Shown here: positions 24,555 to 37,135 of the stretch, piece by piece
How the letters are laid out: every line of letters starts with the position of its first letter
Numbering within the stretch: position 1 is the first letter of the stretch
Assembly (NCBI RefSeq): GCF_000485595.1
Contig: NW_014577064.1
Span: 1,062,223-1,126,222, forward strand
Source: Priapulus caudatus
Lineage: Eukaryota
Direction of reading: 5' to 3'
DNA: 64,000 nucleotides
Translations under genes and position numbers: made by a program
The notes under the pieces: model-generated
The model's database searches: none
What the model saw: the letters and a program-made list of their open reading frames with translations, nothing else
What the model was told of the DNA's origin: nothing

Positions 24555-25802
24555 ACCCGTATACCTTCCTCCTCCGGTCTCTCCTTCAGCTTCTCCCTGT
24601 ACCTCTCTCCTCCTGTCTCTCCCTCGGCTTCTCCCTGTACCTCTCTCCTCCTGTCTCTCCCTCGGCTTCTCCCCGTACCTCTCTCCTCCTGTCTCTCCCT
24701 CGGCTTCTCCCCGTACCTCTCTCCTCCTGTCTCTCCCTCGGCTTCTCCCCGTTCCTCTCTCCTCCTGTCTCTTCCCTCACTTCTCCCCGCTACCTCTCTC
24801 TCCGTTCTCACCCTCGGATTCTCCCCGTATACCTCTTACTCCTCCATGTTCGCGTCTCCCGTACCTCTCTCCTCCTGTCTCTCCCTCGGCTTTTCTCCCG
24901 TACCTTCTCTCCTCTTGTCTCTCCCTCGCTTCTTTCCCCGCTATCACTCTCTCCTTGCGCTGTCTCTCCCCTCGGCTTCTCCCGTACCTCTCTTCCTCCT
25001 GTCCTCTCCTCCGGCTTCTCCCCTGTACCTCTCTTCCTCCACTGTCGTTGTCCCTCGGTTCTCCCCGCTACCTCTCTACTCCTGTCTCGTCCCTCGGGGA
25101 ACTTCTCCGTACCTCTCTCCTCCTGTCGCTCCCTCGGCTTTCCCTGTACCTCTCCCCTCCTGTCTCTCCCTCGGCCTCTTCTCCCCGTTACCTCTCTCCT
25201 TCATGTCTCTCCTCGGCTTCTCCCGTACCTCTCTCTCACTGTCTCTCCTCGGCTTACTTCGCCCCGTAGCGCTCCGCTCCTTCCTGTCTCTCCCTCGGTT
25301 CTCTCGCCGTACCTCTCTCCTCCATTGTCTCTTGCGCCTTAGATCGGCTTCTCCCCGTACCTTCTTCTCCTCCTGTGCTCTCCCTCGGTTCTCCCCGCTA
25401 CCTCCCTTCGTCCTGTCTTCCTCGGCTTCTCCACCGCTACCTCTTCCTCCTAGTTGGTCTCCTCGGCTTCTCTCCTCACCTCTCTCCTCCTGTGCTTCCC
25501 GCAGCTTTCGTTCCCCGTTACCTCCCTCCTCCTGGTCTCTCCCTCGGCTTCGTCCCCGTACCTCTTTCCTCCTGTCTCTCCTCGGCTTTCTCCCGTACCC
25601 TCTCTCCCTCCTGTCTTCTCCCTCGGGCTTCTCCCCGTACCTCTCCGTTTCCTCTGCTCTGCTCCCACTCGGGCGCTTCTCCTGTAAACCTCTTTTCCCC
25701 TCCTGTTCTCTCCCTCGGCTTCTCCCGTACCTCTCTCCTCCTGTCTCTCCCTCAGATTCTCCCCGTACCTCTCTCCTCCTGTCTCTCCATCGGCTTCTCC
25801 CG
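24555..25802. repeat. 38-bp pyrimidine-rich minisatellite
   Basis: Unit CCCTCGGCTTCTCCCCGTACCTCTCTCCTCCTGTCTCT, with starts at 24621, 24659 and 24697. Confidence 0.92.
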
Positions 25803-27564
25803 TTTCTTCTTTTCCTCATCCCTCCCCCCCATCCCGATGAATCATGCAGAGATTATGTACGACTCCAGGGCATCGTTATCACACGTGGGCGGCACTCCAC
25901 ACGCCCCCGTATTCGAGCCGACAGGGGGCTCGCAATGATACTCAACGACGGCTGGAGTGAGTCTAATCGCCACGCAGACGGACGCCCGCCGACGCAACCA
26001 CAGCTGAACCCCACGACATCGCTTCCAGCAACACATCCCGAACGTCTACGACTATTCATAACGAATTATTAACTGTAGCTAATTGACGACTCGATCTACC
26101 GCCGAGCATGAGTGGGACTCGCTGTTGACGAGACGGAGCAATCAGAGTTTGTCATTAGGCCCACCTGATGAGCCGGTACTAATTACGTGTTATTAAGTGT
26201 CGCCGCGTAGCATTATATAGGTTGGTTGTGATGGATTAACTAAACGCGGAAGAATCGGACGGGTACGGATCTGGGAAATGTGATCTATAGCGGATATAAT
26301 TACTGCTATACCACTTACGCGTTTAACTTGCAGACTGTCTCGAGAAAGAGAAAGGGGAGTCAACATGAGACGAAGGCCAAGACAGAGAATAAGAAGGCAG
26401 TGCTTTTAATAAATTAATTACTAACTACATTTAGTCCTGTCGTAAAATCTAGGTGACAACCACGTGCCTTGTGTAGAAATATAAGATTCTATATCGGCAA
26501 ACAACACATCGTTATCGTACAGGAAGACTGCCTGCGCGTTCATACGGTACCGTCCTATTTTCTGCGCCAATTTTATCCAATCATATAATCAATTAGCTGT
26601 TATTGGATATTTATGATTACTCGCAAACATCAAACGACGCGTTTGTTTGATGCCCTGGCACCGTGTCTGGACAACGCGATGATGACAGACTGTATGGTTA
26701 TCAGACACCCATGGCGACGACAGCATGCGAACGCAAGGGAACGGCACGGCTACTTCACTCGGTCGTTACCCAGCATTAAAACACCATCTGTTCCGACGGC
26801 ACGAACTCGTGTGTTTCTCACTGTCACCAGTCAGCTAGCTATTGGTGTTAACAGTGAGGTTGCCATGCGCCGACAAGTGGGCGTGAGATATGGGACGCCG
26901 ACGGCGGCGTGTGTACGTACGCTGCTGCCGATGCGCGAGGGAACGAGACAGACGGCTTCAATGAACCTGTAGGCTTCCCGGAAAACACGGGAGCAAGTTG
27001 CGGGTAATAACGACAGTTATACGAGACGAGAGATTGATGCGATAGCAAGGCACGGCCCTATCATATATATATATATATATATATACATGTATTATATATA
27101 CATGTATTATATATACACACAGGCATACTCACGCGCGCACACACGCACGTCCGAGCGCACACACACGCACATGAATACATAAATACGCAATGATACATAC
27201 GCGAGTACGCAAGACCTTTGGACCTAGCGACTTTTGGAGTAAGTTTAGAGCATACCGACGTAACAAACCGACGCAGTGGCAGTGACGTGCGCGGTGTGTA
27301 TACATACATGCCCCAGCTTCTACAGCGAGCCTATACGTCTGCGCAGTGACGCAGTGACTCCCCCCAGCGCGTGCTCACGGGTTGCTACGTGTTGCTACGT
27401 GTTGCTACCGGTCACGCGATGCCACGGGCAAGACCACACGGCGTGTCTTCCCGGAACCCACTGTTTCTTCGTCTCACACCACCGCCATATTTTCCGCCTA
27501 CAACCGCCACCGTCTTCCGCATACACACGCTTCCACTCTCTCCTCTGATCACCGCGGATACCAT

Positions 27565-27931
27565 CACGTGCACTTGGGTCGTTTCAACAGTAAAATAACG
27601 GTAAATAAACATAAATTGCATTTACTAATAAAGTCTTAGTGTGCACATACTCTCTATCGCCTTTCATGTAAATTCCATGCAAATGCCCCTCTGCATCACA
27701 CAATCTCACCGCTGGTTCGCAACTGTGCACAAACTCACACAAAGTAAATCCGGTATAGTCGGAAGTATTTCTGTGAGGCTGTGCGCAATGGCGCGCGTGA
27801 GGTGGCATTGTGTTGCAGAAGAGCATTTAAACGGCATTTACGTGGAATTATTAAGCGATAGAGAGTACATAAAGAGACTGTGGTATTGTAAATAAATTTG
27901 GGCTTATTTACTATCATTTTACTATTGAAAC
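27565..27931. mobile_element. Old foldback MITE, probably a diverged relative of the CACAGG family
   Basis: Imperfect whole-length palindrome (GTTTCAACAGTAAAAT...ATTTTACTATTGAAAC); left end CACGTGCACTTGGGTCGTTTCAA resembles CACAGGCACTTGGAGCGTTTCAA. Confidence 0.65.
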
Positions 27932-28509
27932 ACTATTTGGATTACGCTGCCTCCCTCTTTCCTACCGCAACCTCCAGCCTTTTATACATCCGATGGCACC
28001 TTCTACTCTTACCCCACCTCCACCTCTTCTAAATTCACCCCTACCTCAACCCTTTCCTCCCACCCCTGCTTCCATCTTCTCATTTCACTCCCACCTCCTC
28101 CTCCCTCCTCCCCTCCTCCTCCTCCCTCCCTCATACCTTCTCCTCATCCTACCCGCTGACATATCGACTCCGTCGCCCACGGCAGCTGCTACCGGTGGTG
28201 CGGTGACGTCAGCCAATGACAGTCACCACCCGCTACCTCGCCACGCAATAACGTCGGCGCCCAGTGTCTCACGATCAATCAGGTGCCAGGTGGTCGCCTC
28301 TGTTAATAAACCGGGTGCATGTACACGAGCCACGGACGTGTGTGCTGTATGAGCGCGCGCGCGCTCGCCGTCACTCCGTTCAATATGTAGCCGCGGCGCC
28401 GGCTATGCCTCGGTACGACAGATATCACTGCTTCGAACATTAGTTCGGGTGAACGTTTGAGCAATCAAACCGCATCGCGCATGCCATTTTACACGCTACC
28501 GCCACTTAG

Positions 28510-28756
28510 GCTTATAGGGTCTATGTCCCCCAGGGTACTGCCGGAACGTACCCTGGGTACGGTCCGGTATACGCGGAACGTACCCTGGTAAACTATCTGA
28601 TATGGTAGGGGTAGGGTTAGGTTAGGAGTTAGGGAGTAGGGCGTAGGCGACTCGGCCTAGACCAACCACGCTGGAGTAGGCGAGGTACGGTCCGGAATAT
28701 TAGATAGTACCAGGGTACGTTCTGGCAGTACCCTGGGGGACATAGACCCTCTCAGC
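28510..28756 (+). mobile_element. MITE family A with 9-bp TSD (one mismatch)
   Basis: Flanks gccacttag (28501-28509) and gtcacttag (28757-28765); long TIRs. Confidence 0.88.
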
Positions 28757-29114
28757 GTCACTTAGAACAGCATTCAGTCAGCTCACGTATCTAATCAGCT
28801 AGATGGAACGGTCCTCACGCATGCACTGCAACACAGAAAATCATCAGAGATGCTATAATCCTCACATATATAACGTAGTCAGGTGGCTTAGGCCCAGATT
28901 TGAGAAGGATGGGGACTGCCGGATAAAAGGCAACCAAACCTTTGCAATATACTATCCAGTGGCCATAAGGTTTTCAAATTTTTGATAAGGAGGCCCACTT
29001 CAGCAAGATAGAGGGAGGCGGCCATCAGTCACGTATCTAATTCAAGCCTAGAATGGAACGGTCCTCACGCATGCACTGCAACACAGAAAATCATCAGAGA
29101 TGCTAATCCTCACA

Positions 29115-29330
29115 TATATAACGTCAGTCACGTATATAACGTATATAACGTATATATAAACGTATATAACGTATATAACGTATATAGTTACCGTATATAA
29201 CGTATATAACGTATATAACGTATATATAACGTATATACACATATATAACGTATATACACGTATATACACATATATAACGTATATACACATATATAACGTA
29301 TATACACGTATATAAACGTATATAACGTAA
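29115..29330. repeat. (TATATAACG)n-like minisatellite
   Basis: Directly visible 9-11-bp units. Confidence 0.9.
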
Positions 29331-30471
29331 ACAAATGTGTGATTGAGAATAACGTTGGCCCGACGAGACATCATGGCAAGAACAGCGCTATTACAATTCC
29401 CTCCAATATTGCACATATCTGCCGGGCTATAATTATATAATATTATGTTAATATAAGCGAACACCGAACCACTGCGTTTAATCTGTTCTGTGGTGTAGAG
29501 CTCGGAAGCAAACCCCAAATCCCATAGCTCCCCCAATCAGTAAGTTCCACGCACGATGAAGAATTGTTGAACTATTGAGTGGACACATCGCGCGTAAGAA
29601 AAGGCCTATCTTGTGTATGGGCTTCTGCTACCTCACCCCACGGCCAACCCAGCGACCAATCCATATTACAGATGTTCACAGGCACTCACACCTACATATT
29701 TAATATGGAGGGAATACCCTCAATAATAGAGAAGGAAAAGGAAGGTATTTGGATGAGTAATGGAGAAAATGCGGCCGTAAAGGAAACTAATAGGACTTCC
29801 AAATGTTGGACAAACAAGCCATTCTAGACCGCGTGAACTTACCAAAGCGAAGTTTTGCTATATTGATCAGCTGTTGAGCGTTACAGGTAATGTTAGGCAG
29901 GCATGACCAATGCTATGCAATCCTACATGATGTGCTGCTGTATACTCACAGTATAGTGGCGGTACTGCCCGAGGTTGCGATACAACGGAAATGTGGGTAT
30001 TCACAGCTCTGGCACGTCAAGTGGAGACGCGAGAAACTTCACATACACTCGGGCACGCACATACGCACGCGCACGCACAAACAGACAAGACACATGCACG
30101 CACAAAAACGTGCGCAAGCACGAACGCACAAACAAGCATGCTAACACGGGCGCTACCTGTCTCATACGCACACAAGAATCCACCTACAAACAGTCTTATA
30201 CACAGACACACAGGCTAAAACACAAACGTACACATTTTCGAAAAGTGCTGTATCTGCACATTTGTAGACGCTTTCGATACGCGTATTACGTAAAAAAGGC
30301 GTATATATTTATCCATCTATTTACCTATCTATCTATCTATCTATCTATGCATATATATATATATTATATATATATAATTATATACACAAGGCCTCACAAA
30401 TAAAACACAATGTAAGTGCTTTACAGTGTGGCTAGTTCCACAGCAAGCTATGGCTGCGGGGTATTAATAAC

Positions 30472-30734
30472 GCTCATAGGGTTAGGGTACTGTGCGAAGG
30501 GTCAGGAATCTTATGTCCCCCAGGGTACTGCCGGAACGTACCCTGGGTACGGTCCGGTATACCGGAACGTACCCTGGTAACTATTTGATATGGTTAGGGT
30601 TAGGGTTAGGGTTAAGGAGTAGGCATAGGCGATTCCCTAGACTTGTTAGTGGAGTAGGCGAGGTACGGTCCGGCATATTAGATAGTAGCAGGGTACGTTC
30701 CGGCAGTACCCTGGGGGACATAGACCCTCTCAGC
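30472..30734 (+). mobile_element. MITE family A with perfect 9-bp TSD
   Basis: TSD ATTAATAAC at 30463-30471 and 30735-30743; internal (TTAGGG)3; short insertion in the left TIR. Confidence 0.92.
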
Positions 30735-33047
30735 ATTAATAACCAACAGTAATTGATGGTATGTGAGACCCTATAGCAAGGAATTCCTCATTCACAGCTG
30801 CCAAACCATTCAAAAGATCACATGACATGAAATACGAAACTGTACTCGTGCCCTTTTTGTCAACGGCATATAATTCAAATATGAACAGCCTGCTTATACA
30901 GTTCAACAACGTTTTAAGCACAGCAGATCTTCTAACGGAATGCCGAGTATATGCTTAGCTGAACCGTGAAACGAATATGCACGACAAAGCTCGGCTGTGC
31001 AGTAGGCATAGGTCGCTTCTAGTGCAGACACAGAGATCTGCTGCAAGTCACCTGCTAGCTAGAAGATGCGGGAACGAACAATGTGCATGAGGAGTCGTGT
31101 CTGTGCCCTGACCACACACATCAACACCCTCGCTACGCGCCACCATGCTTGCAACGATAGCGCTTCGGTGCTAGTAGCCGAGATTTTTGCAATAATTGGT
31201 GAAGGCGACCGGCGGAGTAATGGAGATGCTACCGGCGCGACGGCAGTGTTACCAGGAGCGGAGAACAGGCGATAAAAATTTTCAGTGATTCGTCGCGACA
31301 AGCAACCCAATCATCTACACTCGAGGCTGCGGAGAGGCGTTTACGTTACGGCGTACAGCGGCAAGGCTCGCATGCATTATTCAGCCGCGACAACTAATAA
31401 TTGATGTGATATTGTGCGATGCATATATATCACTTTGAATTTTGCATTTGCAACCACGCTCAGCGACGTATCGATTGAAAAGGCACACAAATCAGCGATA
31501 ATGCGAAACCGCTCGTAACCTTTGACTCAGGTCTAGCTGCTTGCCATTGACGCAATTCGTGCAGAACTGTCACCATCGTAGCCTTTAATAACAATTTTCC
31601 ACCAGCGGTTCACGGATAGGTGGACAAAAATAGGTGCTGGCATGCGACATCAGCTGCAAGAAGTGAAGATGAATGACTAAGAAAGGCGAGGAATCATTTG
31701 CATCAAGTAGCTCTTGACAGCTTGCTAATTTCATAATATAACAGCCTGCTACACTCTTGACTTGACCAATTTTTTCGATTATTCTATGACGCGGTGTAAT
31801 TAAAACAGCTAGTGAAGCAACTGAACCTCAAAATATTCGTGCCACATACTGGCATACTGCAAATGGACAATGGGAACTCTCTCGACGCCAGCAGTACAGC
31901 TACACGAATCCGAAAATACTTCTAAGAAAACACCTAGCCTGATAATTATTAGATGACAAAACTTTTTTTTAGCCTTTCAAGTTCAAGAAGAGGTAGTGTA
32001 CGTGTCAGCCAATCTGTTACACCTACGTGATCACACTTTAACAGGTTACGGGAATAAAGTGAAAATGCCTCTGGTCATCACTGAGTTGCATGTTGCAGGA
32101 ACACCTATTCAGAGCTGCCTATAATAGCACAGAATGAAGATAGAATACACATGTATTATATTCCTGGCTACGTGTAGTGAGAACAACGTTTAGCCAAACC
32201 ACAAGACTCTCCGAAATACACGCATGAAACTTACTTCAGGTGCTCTGATCTTATTTCACATTTAATAGATTTTAGCATTTTATCGTGAGATGGTGACTTT
32301 TTCACGTTGAACGCAGTGATAAACTGCACTAGTTATGGCTTCTTGAGCTTATGAAGAAATGGTGGGAAATAAATCAAGTTTAGCCCTCTTCAGGGTCGAC
32401 AGATGACAACACAATAACACTTCATAGATCAGCAGAAAGTACATTTCATGTGCCTTAAAAGAGGTTATAAAAGCTGCAATACGATTATTGACCCGCTAAT
32501 GGCTGTCATTTCACCATGACCACCAAGTATGGCCAATGAATTTAGGACAGGATGCGTATTCTCACGGCAATCCTGAATGTATACTGTAAACGCAGTACGC
32601 ACTATGTACACTGTAGCTCACATCCTTATCCATCTAGCGATATATCTCATCTTACCAATGCTGACTAAGCATTATTAGATGGAATGAAAAGGATAACGTT
32701 CACTCCCCTTGCTTCACCTTTCATACGTGGAACACACCATTGACACAATAATTAAATATATACAGTAGCATTACTCGGGGGGGTGCTGATGGTACTGGCG
32801 GGAGGGAGTTATACACTGGTACGCAAGTCGGGTGACAATGCACCTTCAATTAACGATTAGATTGACCTAATTTTGCTACTGCTTGCTCTGTGGTACCTGG
32901 GAATGCAGCGTGTGTATGCACCGAATATTGCAATAGGTGGGAAATACTGGTGCAGCATGTAATACCCTGTTAATTGGTACCTATACGGTTGAGGACTCTC
33001 CGCGGACAGATGAAGCACATTTAGGTATGACCCGAAGAGATGAAGCC

Positions 33048-33169
33048 TCAGAGTTGCTGCTGACCGCCATTGTAAGCGTAGTCCGCTTTATTGTGCATGA
33101 TAAGCCTATCCTCAACGAAATAGAAGCTGTCCGACTTGGTCTCGTACGGTCGATCAATCATATCTTGCA
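33048..33169 (-). CDS. UNC119: UNC119 (lipid-binding chaperone), last exon
   Basis: ctccag|TGCAAGAT... Encodes [39 protein letters not shown], the UNC119 C-terminal signature. Confidence 0.95.
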
Positions 33170-33475
33170 CTGGAGAACGAGAGAACGAGAAAGAGAAGGT
33201 TTCAATATCAATAGAAGCCAGCAAGAATATATCACTATCTTAGCGTGCTCTTATGTTTACAGTTCCGCCATCAGTGGTCGATTGGTCGCTCGCAATCGCA
33301 CAGACGGTTACACAGCGAAAACATTGTTTGTTTTCAAAATAATATACAGCGCTAGCCAGAAAAGTATATTGTAACGAGGTCTGTGCATTGACGTTACGTT
33401 CTCATTGATTTGCTGTAATGGCACCCAGTCTACCTTCGCGTGGCTGCGTCTTGTTGTGCTCGTATATGCATGTTA

Positions 33476-33916
33476 AGCTTGGGACACACTCTGCGATTTT
33501 TCAGGCGATTTAGTCGCCCGACTGAGTCGCCGGCGAATGAGTCGGGCGACTGAGTCGGGCGACTGAGTGGACACATTAGGCGAATATCAGCAAATTCATC
33601 GACGATTTTTTTCCCGCTGCAACACTAAAACACTCGCGCCACCTAGATTGAAAGTCACATGATTGAAAATGGCACCGTTTGATTGGCTGATGAATTGTAC
33701 ATTCAGGCAACTCATTCGCCGACCAGGACATACTAGGCGATTGTAGTTGCGCGACTGAAATATTCGCCCGATTTTATCAAACATGTTTGATTCACGCGAC
33801 TCAGTCGCCCGACTCGAAAATCGGCGCGACTGACTGGACACATTAGGTGATTTTTACCGGCGATTGAGTCGCCCGACTGAGTCGCCGGTGAAAATCGCCT
33901 AGTGTGTCCAGGGCTT
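33476..33916. mobile_element. PIF/Harbinger-like MITE in UNC119 intron 4
   Basis: Imperfect TIRs AGCTTGGGACACACT...AGTGTGTCCAGGGCT in a T/A context; many AGTCGCCCGACT subrepeats. Confidence 0.7.
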
Positions 33917-35515
33917 TATTGCGCGCGTGCACGCATATCTATTGGTTGTTGCACGAGTGCATGCATGTGTGTCGTTATGGGCACGCATACACACGTTGGG
34001 CGCATGCATGCACGCGGGTATGTTATTGCGACAGTGCATGCGTGCGTGTTGTGCACGTGGATGCATGCACGTTATTATACACGCGCGTGCATGCGCTCTG
34101 CTGTGAGTGCATGTGCATGCATAATTATAATGTGTCGTCGTTTTGTGTGCATGAGCGTGTTGATGTGTGTGTGCGCAGTTGTATGCATGTTGTGTCTCTT
34201 CGTGCATGCACGCTGTTGTGTGCCTATTGTGGGAGCGTTCGTACGCAGACAAGGCATGCAGCCATCCGTCAGTACGGTTGCACTGCTTCGTGATGCTCAT
34301 GTCTACCTACAAAGATCTTAGTTATATCATAGACTAATAAGCAAAACACAACAACAGCCACCACATGGTTATGAATTAGCAAACCTAAACCTATACACAG
34401 ATATAATACGCTTTATTCTGCTGCGACCGCTGACGCACAGGATCTGAAATTGTGACACATCGAATCAACGAACACTTATAGAGCCGAGCGCACGTACCTG
34501 CCACTGCCAGCACGACACCTACAATCAATATATCAACTCAGTCTTAACGGCGAGTCAATGCAGCCAGAATTTCATCGTTTGCAGCAAAGATTCAATGCGA
34601 ATTAGAGCACAGCTGTGAGCGGACATCACCCCAGTGCCTTCACGCGCTATCGATTGGTTTGCGTGTCATCAGACAGGCTCGACTCCTACAAACGAGGTTA
34701 CTGCTAGGAATATCCAGGGACATATCGCGTTACTCCTTACTCAGCGTGCCACCACTGAAACACCGTCCAGCAGAGATAACGTCCCGTCAGCGTGCCGTAA
34801 GCGCCGCTTTCCCTGTGACCCTCCGTCCTACGCTACCGAAAAAAAACCGTACCGCCGAAAAAAACAAAATACCTGAGCTGTCAGTAACGGTGCAATGCGC
34901 GCGCTGCAGGGCATCGTTACGCTAATGAGCGCCCGCAGACGACGCGTGAGGTGGCCGCCGTGATGACGCGCGGACGTGGTCACTGCTACTGCCGCGGCTG
35001 CGACCGCGGGGTTGCAGCTAATGGCCATGATGATGGAAGCACAGCAATGGCGAAATCACTGTTCACTCGCTCGCGCAGTCGCACGTCGCAAAAAAGTCGT
35101 GTGGCAGAGTACTTTACGATGGCTGGTGGCGCATCGATGGCAGGAAATATCGTTGTGCGAATCCTCGGGTCCAATGTGAAAATTGAGCTCTTGTCAGATT
35201 TCTATGAGCTTACAGCTCAGTGCATGAAGCAAATGTTGACTATCCTTAATGGCTAATGCCCTAGAGATGCAACTCTCTGCTGAAAGCTCATGGTTGCAAA
35301 AGTTGTCCATAAAACTTGTTTCAATCCACTCAGTACCACTCGGACCATAACAAGTTAGGGTGAACCTACTCACAATACCTGCCAGCAACTGCGCGCACTC
35401 TGTTAACTAAATATGAAAGAGGAGTAATGGACGAGAGGCAGCATCCATCCGTTACCTTATCAGAGAGTCTAGACGTCATAGTTACGGCAGCAGGGATAGG
35501 CAAGGACTCACTCAC

Positions 35516-35688
35516 CCACGTCAGAGTCTAGCAGTGGGAACTCATATATATGTTCGCACGTGTTTTTGCTGTTCGGGATGCAGAAGCCAAACTCGAAGTC
35601 GAAGCTTTTAAGCAACTGCTCCCTGAAGAAGTGTCGCTCGATCATGCGAAACTTGTTGACTGGCTTGTCCCCCACTGTAAACTCCACC
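35516..35688 (-). CDS. UNC119: UNC119 exon 4
   Basis: ttttag|GGTGGAG...GTGG|gtgagt. Encodes [51 protein letters not shown]. Confidence 0.96.
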
Positions 35689-37104
35689 CTAAAAGACAGA
35701 CAGAAAAAATCACCACACACGAAGCAAAACTTTTAGATGTGAAGTGAAGTGTTAGAAGCATCAAGAGATGTTAGAGGTGACACAGTACGTTAGACATGCC
35801 ATTAAACACTGGACGCGAGTACAAGACTTTTAAAGCTCCTGTGAAATGGTGCCGTTTGATATGGAAGGATAATACCACTATGAGTCAAAAAGCATACATA
35901 CAACAAAAATATTTTTTTCTAGCAATTAATTTCGTTGAGACATAAATTCATTATGTACTGAGTGTCATTAAAGTAGAGTTGGAAAAATTTTAATATATAT
36001 AAGAAATAAATGGTAGTTTTACTTAAGGAATAGCAAAATATTTGGATGACTTACTTACTTATGAAATTTCACTAACGACGCCCTTTGAACACTGCTTTTC
36101 ACTATAAGGATATCATCCTATGATTCCATATCCTGACGAGATACACCATCGTTTCCATATTCAGATATCAGGAGCAATATAGTCAATAATACGGATCTTT
36201 TAGGATGTTGACAAGCAATTGTAAGCATTTGTGCGATTTTCCGGCTATCATCAACCCAACCCCCTATAATACGAGACTTAAAAAAGTTCAATGAGATATC
36301 GGCTAGTCATGCATCTCACGCGACCGCATGTACAGTGTAATACCATGATGTGATCGCTCGTGCAGCAAACTCGAAAACCATTTGCCAGAGTATCATGTGT
36401 GACTCTGTAAGATGCTCTCTAATGCCGACATTACTCACTGCCTATGTGTTCAACGAGCTATATTTAAAAAAAAAGCCGATATTTTGCAATGTGGGCAGTT
36501 TCACTCATTTCAGATGGAGTCTTTGAACTGTCCGCCACACCTTATTTATAAAAATTATTATTATAAAAATTATTTATTTTATTTATTTTTATTAGTATTT
36601 AATAAAAATCTACATAAGCTTCACAGCCCAGTCGTAATCTGCATGGAACTGTGTCCCTGCAAAAATTACTTCTGTTGAGGTGTTGCGATATTTAGCACAT
36701 TGCACATTTGCCATAATAATTAGCAGAACAAACTTTGTACTTGTAGCGGTCTTCTACCCAGGCTACAGTGCTATCACAGTAAAGTAGCAGCAGCTTCGTG
36801 AATAACTCGTTTAAATAACTTAACTACAAACAAGTTAGTTGAGCATCAGATTACTGTTAAATGAATGATTAATCAATTTAATGTGTCTTCTTCTTCTGGG
36901 AGGAGTATGTGACTGTGCATGCAAAGATCGAATTACATCCCCGTGGAGTATGGCGTCCCATCATGCTCTGGAATGACTACTGTTTTTACCGTATAGTTGC
37001 TAAACTGATCCATTAAAATCTTGCCAAATGGAACCGTTGTTTCTACTCCTAAACCACATGTACATGACTATTCTTTCTGTGCAGACCTATTTCTTTTACC
37101 AAAC

Positions 37105-37135
<31 letters not shown>

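Noticed and set aside
24322..26072. 315-, 514- and 247-aa ORFs
   Set aside because: Translations of the 38-bp minisatellite.
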